Assembly (NCBI RefSeq): GCF_006345805.1
Contig: NC_043005.1
Location: 102,920,001-102,984,000 of the forward strand
Source of the DNA: Octopus sinensis
Taxonomy: Eukaryota
Reading direction: 5' to 3'
Length of the DNA stretch: 64,000 nucleotides
Shown: piece by piece, positions 36,401 to 50,760 of the stretch
How the letters are laid out: each line of letters opens with the position of its first letter
How positions within the stretch are numbered: the stretch's first letter is position 1
Notes under the pieces: generated by a model
What the model was told of the DNA's origin: nothing
Seen by the model: only the letters and a program-made list of their open reading frames with translations
Database searches by the model: none
Translations under genes and position numbers: made by a program

Positions 36401-39400
36401 ATGACTGAATTACAATTTTTCGCTCGTAACTATTCAAGCACACACACACACATATGAATAAATTTATCTATTTATATTAGTGTGTGTGTGTGTGTGTACG
36501 ATATGTGCGTATATGAAGAAATATATTTCCTAAAACATAATCCCATTGAAATACACAAGCAATGTTTTCAAGATCCAAACCAAAATCAATCAACAAAAAC
36601 TTCTGCAATCGATAAGGCTTAGGTTTTATTGTTAAACACCTTCGTATAATGGTTTACGAATCTATGAAATAGATTGTGCTAGGTATGCAGTCTAATCAAG
36701 CCATTACATAGAACTGAAAATATATACCTGTGGACGATAATTTCTGTACCTACTACTAAACTTCAATTCTTGTCAACAACTGTAACAACAATTCGTTATA
36801 ATCAGCTATATCTTGCTCTTAAAATACTTTTATTCTCTTGTCTCTATATCTAAACATTTTTTTACATTTTCGGCAATTCTCCATAGTCTTAAAGTAGATT
36901 ACGTTTCTTCAACTATCTCTCGTCTATATATCTTACAGACCAAAACCGCCTGACATCCATCATACTTTCTGACAAGGTGTATATCGCCATTAAAGTCAAT
37001 ACTATTTATCAAATACGCGACTTTGGTTCCGATTGTGATGCTTCCTAGTTTGTTTTCTTGAGATATTGCACATTATCGCTCGATTAATTTTTGTACAACC
37101 GTTGTTTAAATATATATATATACATACATACTTATCAGATGTATGCATGTCTACCTGTGTTTGTGTAAACGTTCTTCTTTTAAAGTTCTTGTTTAAATTT
37201 AGCCGCTGCAATTACATTATGAATTCTGTGGACTCATTAAACGTATTTTTTGATACTTAGTTTTAATTCTATACGAAAGATAATGTAGGAGTTTTCTCAG
37301 GAGTTTTCTGAATGGAATAAAACTAAACATTTCTAAGATTTTGCAATAATATTTGATGTTTCACAGCATAAAGTGAAGCTTTTAAAGCTTTGACATGGAT
37401 TTAAATTTGGTTACTCCAAAGCAGAAGGTAGTCACTTCATAACATAAATGAGTTGTATTTATAATAGAAAGATACTGCGTTTCTATTAAAGTTCCTTTCT
37501 TTTATAGTACTCGGGATAAATATAAAAATAAGGGATCTAAACTGCTGTGAATGTCCATGCGGAGAAAGTCTCAGTCATCTATCCAACAAATAAATATTAA
37601 TTTCTATCCTGCTACTTCACCCTCAAGGAATGCAATGGAAGAATCTATCACGCAGATGCCTGGAAGTATGTAAGGTAAAGTTATTGGTGGTTAATCTCGA
37701 TTTTTGGTTTTTGGTTTTAGCCCCTTTCAACAATTACCAATTAACCTTATGTTCATAAGAATTTTGCCACAACCATCTGAATTTTTATGGACATGTTCCT
37801 TGGACTTCTATTTCATTTTGTCCTTTGCGTACATTTTGTTTTAAACGGCAATGCGATTTTGTTCCTATCTCTTGCAAGTATAATGAGCATGTTGACACTG
37901 GCTCCTTTGTGCAGTTGCTGATGGTATTTGAAGTAGCGCTGACATCATTCCGTACATTTAACAATCAAGATCTCTTCCTCTACATTTGTTGAAAGACTTC
38001 ATAACTGTCAGAAATGCTAAATAAAGCGGCTTGCTGTGCGGTACTAACATCTATACAAATGTTTTCATTCATATGTCATTCAAACCTAAGAAGATTCCAG
38101 AATATCTCAGAGCTATCAATATTTTTTGTGGACATGACATTTTGTTAAATTAATTAATGAAGAAATGTCAAATATAATTTACTGAATATACAGGCTTCTT
38201 ATTGTAGCTTATCGTAAGGTTACACATGTCCTTGAGCTGCATACTATCAAAGCGAAGTGATGTGTAATAACCTTTGTTCACATCAAATTTGCAGTACTAG
38301 TTACCTATGCAATCAGAAATGCTACATTTCATATGAAGAAAGGTGAGTGACATTGTGTGATTTTCCTTTTCACGTTCATAAAAGTGGTATGCTGCAATTA
38401 AAATTTGTACTATCAAGAATCGTTACATAAGTACAGTGCATCGTCGTACCTGACAGTGCTACTAATGTAAATGGGGGCGTCCATCGGTGACTTTCGAGCA
38501 TGCATTTGCATATATACGAGCTGGCCAGGGGAATATGTTAAAAATAAGACTATGTTGCACATGCATGAATGCCTTTCCTCTTCATATCATCAATATTTTA
38601 CACGAGAAAGTTCGTCGCGTTAGACTAAGACAGCTTGGTACCAGTGATGTAGCAGGCATTGCTGTCAAAATACAAGCAGCGGAAACCGATTCACAAGGCT
38701 TCTTGTCCCGAAACTTTAATAGTTTTGCCAATCTACTGCCTTCTATTGGTACTTTTGTTTTGATGTCGAAAGAATGAAAGATAATGTTGACCTCAGCGAG
38801 ATTTGACCTCAGAGTGAAGGGCCAATGACAAATATTGCGAGGCGTTGTATCGAACTCTCTAACCATTATGCCAATTCATCCCCATGTTATGAATTAAGTA
38901 GAACATCTTACACGCTATCGTGTATGTCAGATTTCGAACTTTTATTTATCTTTATTCAACACATAGCTTCAAATTTTTGATGATTTGTACCTCAAATATA
39001 TAAATTAGCTATTTTCTTACCTATTGCCTTTCTCAGTGCATTAACTTCCAATGTGATGTGAAACCCGATTGACGAGAGATGAGAACTGCATCTTCATTTC
39101 CCCAATATTTTATTGATATGTTATCAACTTCGATATTATGAAAAATGAATTTGAACCTCGGAAATTTTAAGGGATGAAAAGGGGAGGTGAAACGATTTGT
39201 TGTTTTAGCAATTACCTCCATTTTTTTATTTCATTTCACAAAGTAAGAAGAAAATCAAATACGAGTAGAAAATGAGATTCTGTGACAGTCATGGCTTTCT
39301 CAAGTGTACTGGCAACGAGAATGAATTGATTTATTTTCAGCCAGTATTAAGAACCGTAGACGCAGGCTGAGTTAATGGAATTGCTCTTTATTATACAACG

Positions 39401-40309
39401 CTACTGAAATACTGAGATTCCTAATTTTAAAAGTCTTTACAAAAACTCCAAATATCAAAAGCTTTCATTGATCAATAATTATACACAACCGCTTACAGTA
39501 TTACCAGTTCTCTCCTCTTTTTAAATCTGTTTCAATGGATTTTGCGTTTCGATGAAAAATGGTATCTCTATTTTAATTGATGTAAAGTAGCATCTTTTTT
39601 TTTATTAATTTAACAGGTTTTAACTTGTGGCAATATCGTCCATAAATCCATTAAATGTTGTTGTGCAGCTGTTGCTGCTACGACTGCTGCTGCTGCTGAT
39701 GGTGTTGTTGTTCTTGTCGTTGTTGTTGTTGATAGAGTTAACACATTTATTTCAGACGGTGCTTTGATAAAATGCGATTGACAGCTGTGTGATCATGGTT
39801 CTCATATTGCCTCAACCTCTTAGATCACCCTGTTAGATGTAGTAAAGGGATCTCCCACATGTATAATTCGGATAATGCCACATATTTTATAAAATTTCCT
39901 AATTCATCTTCAATATTCCGTTTCCTAAAGCTATCCTGGCATTAATGTGATTTCATGTTTATTTTAAACAGTTTTCTGTTATAGTTTAAAGATGATAACA
40001 TTAATTTAGAATCTCATTTCTGGAACCACATTTCTGAAATATTTTCCGATAGCATTCCAAATTATAATTTATTCGAGTTTATTTTATATTCTATTATATT
40101 ATCAGTTCCGACCTGATGAATATTTATTAATTTCAATAAAAGAATTCTCAGGAATTGTTTCGATTGATATTATATAATGAGATGGAAATTTCGTCATATA
40201 AAATTGGCTTACGCATACACACACGCAAATACAAATATATTTGTGTATATATGTATATCTATCTACCTATCTACTTTATTATTTACAAAAACATGACAAA
40301 AATATAAAA

Positions 40310-40432
40310 CAAATTTACTACTCAGAGTTTCATGCTCCCATTCGTTGGACAGTTTAGAAAGCATATTACTCTACCTCCGGTATTCGAGTACTATTTTTTG
40401 CCAACCTCTTCACATCTATATGCTTAATTTGG
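40310..40432. repeat. Truncated copy of the 44165-44395 family
   Basis: ctcagagtttcatgctccc..gttggacag and tattactctacctccggtattcgagtact match 44205-44235 and 44325-44350. Confidence 0.6.
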
Positions 40433-40454
40433 TGTATATATATATGTAGATAGA

Positions 40455-40640
40455 TAGATCGTTAACCACTACACACATTTTTTCTCTCCTTGTTTCTCTC
40501 CTTGTTTTTTCTGTGTACCTTTCTGTAGAAGAGCGTACGCTTGAAATATAACATACTTTTTTCTATTCCTAAGCGCTATACTAATACATATTTTTGTTTT
40601 GTACACCAACTGTCTTCGTCTTTTGTTTTTTTTTCGTAAA
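40455..40640 (+). mobile_element. PLE terminal repeat family 1 with HHR-like motif (40519-40555)
   Basis: cctt-tCTGTAGA-A-GAGC gtac GCTT-GAAA-tata, homologous to 10830-11060 and 50578-50760 in reverse orientation. Confidence 0.7.
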
Positions 40641-40714
40641 CGTTCCCTTTATACATATATATATATATTATTACTTTTTCAATTTACTTTACATTTTATT
40701 GTTATTTTAATTTT

Positions 40715-40885
40715 AACTTTTCTATTTTATGTAATTTTCTAGATGGTGTAATTTAATTGTTCATTTTGAATTGATAAAAGGTGTTTTTTTCTAATTTTTT
40801 ATATATATATTATATTGTGTGAAATTTGAGTTAGTATTTCTAATTTTTTCCTTCTAAGTTTGGATTTTATTCCCTCAAATAATAA
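40715..40885 (+). repeat. Dispersed repeat family X
   Basis: Matches 10570-10740. Confidence 0.7.
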
Positions 40886-40914
40886 TTATTATATATATAT
40901 ATAATATATATATA

Positions 40915-40946
<32 letters not shown>

Positions 40947-40947
40947 G

Positions 40948-41497
40948 CAGGGTCATTCAAAGGGAAAAAAACCAATATCATTACGCAATATTCTAGTAAG
41001 GAAAAGCAATAGAAAGTTCCGGCAAGTCACAAGTATTTATTCACAATCAAATTTTATTTCCTGTCTCACAAGCGTTCAATGTGGCCACCATCTTCAGCCC
41101 GGGCAACATCAATGTGATAAGAGAATTCCTCCCAGACGCGTATCAGCATATCACGATCTGCTGAGTAGTTCTTTGGCTGTTTCGTTGAATGCTTTATTGA
41201 AGATTTTCCATTCCCCTTCTATGTTAATATCTTCTGGAATCGCCTCAAGCAAAGCAAATGTATTCTTCAGTTCCATATCGAAGTTGCTTTTGACATGCTG
41301 TTACACGTCTGGGAGGATTTCTCTTATCGCATTGATGTTGCTTGGGCTGCAGATGGGGCCACATTGAACACCTATAAGAAAAGAAATAAAAGTTGATTTC
41401 TGTGAGTAAATACTTGTGACTTACCAGGAGTGTTCTATTGCTTGGCCTTAGTTAAAATATTGCGTAATGAAATCGGTATTCTTTTCGAATAACTCTG
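40948..41497. mobile_element. Tc1/mariner-derived MITE made of two inverted 3' ends, in (TA)n
   Basis: Arms 40948-41160 and 41290-41497 are inverted copies ending CAGGGTCATTCAAA / TTCGAATAACTCTG. Each encodes a transposase C-terminus (DRDMLIRVWEEFSYHIDVARAEDGGHIERL*; DMLLHVWEDFSYRIDVA..). TA on the right, TG on the left. Confidence 0.8.
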
Positions 41498-41503
41498 TAT
41501 AAT

Positions 41504-41598
<95 letters not shown>

Positions 41599-41984
41599 GT
41601 ATGTATGTATGTGTGTGTGTGTGTCCATACATAACATATATACGCACATATACATAACTATCTACACCGCTGCCATTTGTCTGTTATTGCTATATTTCTG
41701 TGCTTTTAGACGTGATACATGTGCACAAAACACTTTACCAAGTTCAATAGCTCAGGATTCAGCGTTTCTACTGTATATCTGTTAGGCGTGATACACAGAA
41801 TACTATTCTAAACTAATACTGTATCTATCGCTAATATACTTACATGCATGCATACATACATACACACATATATACATACATTCATACATACATATATCTA
41901 CATCTTTCCATAAAACTTCTCTGCATCGAATTAGAAGTAGGATTGTGGTAGTAGAATTATCAGACACCATTATAATAATTTGAA

Positions 41985-43050
41985 GCATGATTCCCAAGCG
42001 TCACCAACTGGGCTTATGGATATTTTGTCATAAAAATCTCGACCCTGGTTATATCCTTAGGTCTCCTACTGGTTGACTTGGCTCGAAGAATCTAATTGCA
42101 ATTCTTTCCTGCGAAATTTAAATCACGTGTCCGGAATTCGACGTAATGACAGTGACCTCATGTTGCGGAGAAGTAATGGCTCAAACTGGAGAGACACCTT
42201 CATCACTGAGCTATGCAGTCTGTCAAGTAACGTTACGCTAGAGATTCCTCAGAAGATTCCCATTTCTGTCATGTGTATTTGCAACCCTTCATTTTTTGCT
42301 ATTAAACAATATTCATGTTTATATGCTGGGTTTGGCACGGAAACAGAACTGAAACAATGGAAAATACGGAAAATACAGTTCTTTTACCAATATCTCTAGT
42401 TCTGAGTACCGCTTGCTATGGCAGGGGCATTACTGTGCCAGCACCTACAATTCTAGCAGCCGATTCAGCCTCTTGCTTCCCATCATTCGTAAATACGTTT
42501 TCCAGATAATTAATCTTTTCAACTTGCCTCTGTGATACTTCCGTAACATTTTCAGTTTACTGGGAAGACTTTCTTGAGAGAAGCTCTTTTCTCACTATCA
42601 TCCAACACTCGTCAGAGAATTCGTTTTGTGAATGGCGAAGATCACATCCTGATTATACAAGTAGTTCTTGTCGTCTACAGATATCAACTGATCGATCCTA
42701 CACCCTCCGATTGTAATATCACTTCTACAAGGGCTGCGCATGTCAATCTAGTTCGTAAAAAATAATCAAAACGATAGGTAACAATGCGCACTTCTGTTTA
42801 AGTGCAAAACCCACCCTGGAAGGTTTTAACTTAGCACCATTTAAACGAACACGAACATCTGGCATGCGTATAAGGACTTAATGCCAAACAAATGTTACCC
42901 ACTCATTTCAATCCCCTGCAAAATCTTCCACGGTATGTTACGCACCATGCGGTCTTATGCTACTCTGAAGTCCGCAAGACAAGCGTACACGCCATGCCAA
43001 TATTCTCACGATTTCTCGAAGACTTGCCGTAGGATTCGTATCTGGTAGTT
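41985..43050 (-). mobile_element. RTE-clade LINE reverse transcriptase fragment (decayed)
   Basis: Minus strand: QIRILRQVFEKS*EY..VYACLADFRVA*DR..KSLY..KQKCALLPI..IGGCRIDQLISVDD..QVEKINYLENVFTNDGKQEAESAARI..HMTEMGIF*GISSVTLLDRLHSSVM..EPLLLR. This is colinear with RTE RT and its C-terminus. Confidence 0.85.
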
Positions 43051-43082
43051 GTATGTGCGTGTATTTATTGTATGCTTATTAT

Positions 43083-43116
<34 letters not shown>

Positions 43117-43254
43117 CCGTAAACATGTATACACACTCACATACACGCAAAGCACTCACATCATACACACAAATCTCTCTTTCTCCTAAATTCTCTCTTT
43201 CTATCATCTATCTATCTATCTATTTATCTATCTATCTATATCTATCTATCTATC

Positions 43255-43294
<40 letters not shown>

Positions 43295-43310
43295 ATATAT
43301 ATATATATAT

Positions 43311-43510
43311 AATTTATTATATAGAAGGAGCTTCTACAGGACTAGAACTGTTTCATTCAAGAGAAATCTTCAGGAAGCTTCCTGAAGTTTTCTCTTGGAT
43401 GAAACAGTTCTAGTCCTGTAGAAGCTCCTTCTATATAATAAATTAATTTTACTCTGCTATGTATTGAGTACCTTATTTACTGTGGTTAACCCCGAATCAA
43501 CCGGGACCTA
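43311..43510. repeat. 134-bp spacerless palindrome (43311-43444) plus ~65-bp one-sided tail, in (TA)n
   Basis: 67-bp arms centred on caggaag|cttcctg with 2 mismatches. The tail ttttactctgctatgtattgagtacc.. is on the right side only. Confidence 0.9.
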
Positions 43511-43520
43511 CATATATATA

Positions 43521-43565
<45 letters not shown>

Positions 43566-44164
43566 ATAAATATATATATATGTATATGTATATATATATA
43601 CACACATATATATACATATATATATTTATTTATATGTATATGTATAAGATACTGTGTTGTATTTACTATTTCACAGCTTGCTTCATGGGGATGTTCTAAA
43701 GATATTCACAGTCTAATGACCTAAGGGGTTACGGGAGTGATCACTGCCCATCTTATTAATGTATTATAAATTCCATCATAGATGTTAGAAATAATTATTA
43801 TTAATGTTAGAAATCATCATTAATTCCATCATATTTCAATATCCCGACGTAACGTGATTCTGTAATGGAATTACATATAATTTCGTTGCACAGTTGCTGT
43901 CTGTCGAGTCATGAATGATGGCAAGGGCTCTGTGTTGGAGGAGCTGCATCAGTGATTAAATGAATCGCTATTTCATTCGGGATTATTGAATCACAGTATA
44001 ACTGTTTGGAACTATCTGTTTTATAAAGCTTTACGTTGTACACGCGCGCACACACACACAGACACACATATATGCACACACGCAGGCACACTCATATACG
44101 CAAACACAAACACACACATGCATCTAATTTACAGCTTCATATATATGATATATATATATATATA

Positions 44165-44392
44165 CTTTATTTAAAAGCAGCAGAAATTTAACAAAAGCTG
44201 TTACTCGGAGTTTTACGTTCCCGGTCGTCGGACAGTTTTGTTAAAAAAAAATTGTCCGACGAACAGGAACGTGAAACTCCGAGTAACAGCTTTTGTTAAA
44301 TTTCCGCTGCTTTTAAATAAAGCCTATTACTCTACCTCTGTATTTGAGTACTCTTCTTTTCACCTTGTTTCACATTTATGTATTTACTCCGG

Positions 44393-44395
<3 letters not shown>
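44165..44395. repeat. 158-bp near-palindrome (44165-44322) plus ~70-bp one-sided tail, in (TA)n
   Basis: ctttatttaaaagcagc..ttactcggag..gtcggaca / tgtccgac..ctccgagtaa..gctgcttttaaataaag, then tattactctacctctgtatttgagtact. Confidence 0.9.
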
Positions 44396-44456
<61 letters not shown>

Positions 44457-44859
44457 GTACATACACACATACATACGCACACACATACCTATATATAAAC
44501 TCGTACATGCGCTCATATTGTATTAGTAAACATATTGTTGTAGGGAGCAATGCTCTACTCCGATGCTACATCTAGAGATATGATTATATTTAAAGTAATT
44601 TTCAGGCTTAATTGGTGTAATTATATGAAAAGTTGCATCTGATTTCTAGCCATTTTCTTACATAGTTTCAGGACATCCGGGTCGAAGACACATGTCAAAT
44701 TTCCAAAGAGTAAATTCGAATATCAAGCGTTGTAATTATTCCTCCAACTTCTTAAATACCTTGTTATATGCGGTGAATTGCTTGACACGAGTGATCGTTG
44801 TGAAAAAAAGAATCTAAATCAATAATACTTTATTACTCTCGATGTAACCTTTCAGAAAA

Positions 44860-45060
44860 AGAGTAATTTCTTTTACTAAAGGAACAATAACTGAAATTTT
44901 GCGAGAGGAGTTATTTGAATACGTCGATCCAGTGTTCAACTGGTACTTTATTCTACTCGATCCAGAAAAGATGAAAGGCCAAGTCGCGCTCGTAGGAATT
45001 TGAGCTCAGAACACTAAGATGGACTAATTACCTCCAAGTATCGTGTTCGGTTTGCTTGAA
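44860..45060 (-). mobile_element. SINE family B (diverged)
   Basis: The reverse complement contains gttctgagctcaaattcc..gacttggcctttcatcttttctggatcga..taaagtaccagttgaacactggatcgac. Confidence 0.65.
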
Positions 45061-45610
45061 ACAGGTGAAAAAATAACGACATAATGTTAATTAGTAGTGT
45101 GAAAATTGATTATGCAAAGAAATTTCTGTATTTACATTGCTAATAAATTTCTACAAATATACTTAATTTGACTCTTTTTATACGTTTGAAAGTATTACTC
45201 TGAGATGCACAAACCGACTAAACGTGAGTTATTTCCTCTTAACTTCCTCCCATAGGAACAGCAATTTCGTACAATCCCTACAACGGGATGATTTTATTAC
45301 CTAAAATATTTGAAAGTACAGAATTTGGAAGCGGATATGATCTTTCGTTTCTTCTGAACACCATCTTTATTCTCTGCTATTTCTGGTTATATTCGGTTAG
45401 ATAAATTTTACGATTTTTCTATTCCAAGTTTTGTGTATACATTTTTCTTTTAACAGTTTACTATGAGTTTTTCCCAAAGCTATATTAATACTGCACAGCA
45501 TAATTAAATGTTTCTTTGTACAGCAATATATGATAGATATTATCTATATTCTAATTCAATGTAGATATGTGAAGCTTGTGAGACAGGATTCTTAGTATAT
45601 TGCCTTAAAT

Positions 45611-45900
45611 ATACGTGATCTGACCAATAAGTACTCGGACTATTTCAATAGTAACGAAGCTAAAGCACGCTGAGTAAAGCCACTTGGTAGAGATTAACTT
45701 TGAACTATGCTGTGCTTCACCGCTAAGTTTTAACGTTCTAGCTCACATACGATCTTATCGCCAGACTTATCTTTTTATTCATTCGAGTGAGCGATACAAT
45801 AAATGTTAGTAGTGTGCAAAAAAGGATAATTCAATCTCTCATAAAATTATCGTAGTCTGTTAACAAAGTAAGATATCATAATTTCTTGTTGAAGATGTGG
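45611..45900 (+). mobile_element. Possible decayed mariner 5' end
   Basis: tacgtgatctgaccaataagtactcggact resembles mariner TIRs of the TACGAGGTCTGATCAAAAAGT..CGGACT type. Weak VQKRIIQSLIKL downstream. Confidence 0.3.
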
Positions 45901-46926
45901 TGGGAGCTGCTTATTCCTGAAATCATTTTGAATTTAGGAGACATTGAAGAATTGCGTTGCAAGTATTCTCACACCATATTTCCTACATAAACAGCGCATG
46001 TCGGATAATTATCCAATGTCTCTCTCTCTCTTTTCCCAGTGAGCTTCGACTGCCATCTCTAAAACTTTCAGCGAACACATACAGCTTCTCACATTCATTC
46101 TTTCTCACCATTTGTATGTGTATATTTCAAAGAATTGTTAAAATTGTGTCAATTATTGAGTATTTTCACGATAGATTACATTAGTGCCGTTATTATTGAC
46201 TTTTATCCTTTCGAGTTCGATAAATTAGTTACTAGTGATAGAGTAGGCTCGATGTGACCGACTGCCCTACTCCCTAAAATATTAAGACCATGTGCTTTTA
46301 GTAGTCTTATGTCGCACTTTCGGATGCCTTTTACTCAACACTCCCCGCTATTCTGCTACGTACTCTAGTCTACGACGTTTACACTTCTCCCTCTATATCT
46401 ACGTATTGGGCTAGTTTACTTCATCGCCTGGGGGCGTCCACACAACCAGTAGAAAGGATTATTTACCATTTTAAATGTTTACTGGTTATGGTGAAACATT
46501 TCTGCTTATACCTACATAGCCATGTACATATCTAGTGAAAAATATTTACTTCTAAGAGCATTGTACACAGATGCAAACACGGAATGACATAGAAACATAT
46601 AGACATATAAGCATATGGTTACGTTAGTGTGTAATATGTGAGTATCTACATATACATCACTGTGTGTACGTACAAAGTATAGATACGAAAACGTATTTCA
46701 TAACATATATGGCAGGTTGTAGTGCAACAAACCCAGATGCTAGATATACATATGTGCGTATTTGTGTGTATATATGTCAGAGTATATACATATATACATA
46801 CGCATATACACAATCACACATGCAAACATATTCATCTACTCACACATATATGTAATATATATGAATTGCATATATATATATATATATTATATATATATTA
46901 TATATTTATATATAATATTATATTTA

Positions 46927-46977
<51 letters not shown>

Positions 46978-47280
46978 TTACACATATACAGACACATATG
47001 CACATCTACACTGTAAAAGGACTGAAATTATTTCACACGCGATATAACTTTGTACAAATCATTTCTCTGTAAATGAAGGCTACGTGGAATTTTAGAACGC
47101 AAATCAAATAAAAGAATGACTCACTACTCAGTCAGCAATTTATATACGCACATGAATGCGTACACACACACACACACATATTTACACACGGACATATAGA
47201 CATACATGTGAGTATGCATGTATTTATATATATATATATATATGTGCATATATATATATATATATATGTGTGTGTGTATG

Positions 47281-47311
<31 letters not shown>

Positions 47312-47334
47312 TATATATCCATATCATTATATTA

Positions 47335-47375
<41 letters not shown>

Positions 47376-47425
47376 CATATATATATACATATACATATAC
47401 ATATACATCTATATATATATTTATG

Positions 47426-48574
<1,149 letters not shown>

Positions 48575-48904
48575 TGATGTATGTATGTATGTATGTATGT
48601 ATGTATGTATGTATGTATGTATGTATGTATGAATGTATGTATGTATGTATGTATGTATGTATATTTGCATGTATGTATGTATGTATGTATGTATGTATGT
48701 ATGTATGTATGTATGGATGGATGTATGTATGGATGGATGGATGGATGGATGGATGGATGGATGGATGGATGTATATTCATACATGCACGTATGTATATAC
48801 TTATGTTGGGATGTTATTGTGTCTATATTTGTTCTCCACAACCGCTTGGCAACCAGTGTTGGTGTGTTTACGTCACCGTCACTTTGTGATTCGGCCAAGG
48901 GTAC

Positions 48905-49280
48905 AGGAGAGGCTGTGTGGTAAGAATCTTGCTTCCAAGCCACATGATTCGGGTTCAGTCCAACTCCGTGGCACCTTTGGGAAGAGTCTTCTACCATAGC
49001 CTTGGTCCGACCAAGGATTTGTGAGTGGATTTGGTAGTCAGAAACTGAAAGAAGCCCGTCGTATATGTGTGTGTAGGTAGTGTTTGTCCCCCTACCACTA
49101 TCGCTTGAAACCGATGGTGGTATGTTTACATCCTCTCAAAGTAGCACTTCGGCAAAAGATAAATATAGAATAAGTAATAGGCTTAGAAAGAATAAGTCAT
49201 GCGGTTGTTTGACTAAAGGCGGTGCTCCAGCATGGCCGCTGTCAAATGATTGAAGCAAAAGAATTAAAGAATAAAGAATA
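48905..49280 (+). mobile_element. SINE family A, full length
   Basis: ggctgtgtggtaagaatcttgcttcc..gggttcagtcc..gaaactgaaagaagcccgtcg..ggcggtgctccagcatggccgc.., ending in an aaagaat tail. Confidence 0.85.
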
Positions 49281-50577
49281 TATATAATTCATATATGTGT
49301 GTGTGCGAGTTGTCATGTGTGCGTATGCGTGTGTGTGCGTGCATTTATCTATGTATCTGTGCGGCAGTATATTTGGTTTTTGCATGTGTATGCCCGTCTG
49401 TTATATGCCATACATGTCTATAAGTATATATAGTATTTGAAGGACAAATTTCTTAACAGACAGCAAATTATGAATTTCGAACTCTCGTGCATCAGGAATT
49501 TATATATACATCCTTGGCTTCTTCAATCATATAGTGGAGTTTCCACGCAAAGATACAATCTGTTTCTGCTAATACTCTACATCGGAACATATACATTCCA
49601 ACACACACTAACTTATCCAGGTATCCTTCGTAGCATACCGTTATTGGCACTGACAGTCCATTTCCTTGACAAATCTATTAACGCAACTTCCGGATTTTTT
49701 AATGTCAGTTACAAAAGTATCTTGGCACGAATATCGCTGTTCGTGAATTTGCATCCAATTCTCTTTCCAAACTCTGAAATAGAATTCCTATGTCGAAATA
49801 TTAGTATGTGACGTATAAATATTATGATACTATTTTGATTTGTTACTTAATTCTGGTGATATTTAAAGAGAACCTCTCTAGTTTCCCTCAGTGCGATTTC
49901 CTGTTATCTTGTTCGAGCTCTCTTACTGTACATGTAAACACAAACAGACTTACCGACACACTCACCCAAACGCATACATATAAACACATATAGTAATAAA
50001 TACATACATGTATATATATATGTGTGTATGTGCACTTCAGTATGGAAGATTTTCGCTACAGTAGCTGTCTTGGAAAGGAAATCTTCTTTCTTGAGAATAC
50101 GGGAGAAAAACAACAGACCTAGTCTGGCATCAACGGACAATAATATATATTTCTCTGCGTTGTTATGTTTCACCTGCTCCTGATACCAAATCATCTCCCG
50201 TTTACAGCACACTTAATACGGCAGGTTTACTATGTCAGCAGCAAAGAATACGTTTCCATGCATAATCTATGCTTTGTCAAGCTATTTTGTGCGGTTTTAA
50301 ACAATTTCCTTCAATTTCAATATAATATGATCAAAAAAATACCATTTTCCATATCTACTAATATATTTTTGCATACTCGTACACACACACACGCACACAC
50401 ACACACACGCACATACGCACTTATCTATGAATATATGAATACATATACGCTCACGCACACGCATATAAATTATATACATATGTTTATATATATATACGCA
50501 GACACGCGCACACTACATACATACATACACACTGAAACACACATATTTACATGCGTATTTATATATATATATATATA

Positions 50578-50760
50578 TAGGGAAAGTTTACGAAAGAACA
50601 AAAGACGAAACAGGTGCTGTACAAAACAAACAGATGTATTAGTATAACGCTCAGGATAGAAAAAGTCTTTTACGTTTCGAGCCTACGCTCTTCTACAGAA
50701 AGGGACACAGAAAAAACAGGAGAGAAAAATGTGGGTAGTGGCTAACGATCTATCATGATC
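50578..50760 (-). mobile_element. PLE terminal repeat family 1
   Basis: Homologous to 10830-11060. Abuts (TA)n at 50578. Confidence 0.75.
50667..50702 (-). ncRNA. Minimal type-I hammerhead candidate with variant core (U at position 6)
   Basis: Reverse complement: cttt-CTGTAGA-A-GAGC gtag GCTC-GAAA-CG-TA-aaag. Stem I is 4 bp, stem II 4 bp, stem III the palindrome ACGU, triplet GUA. Confidence 0.6.

Noticed and set aside
40060-40115. ctgatgaa-tatttatt..aataaa hammerhead-like start
   Set aside because: No GAAA after the stem and no stems I or III.
44250-44290. Hammerhead call for ccgacga-ac aggaac gt-gaaa-ctc
   Set aside because: U4 is C in both arms, stem III cannot form and no stem I pairing was found. 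Kept only as a palindromic repeat.
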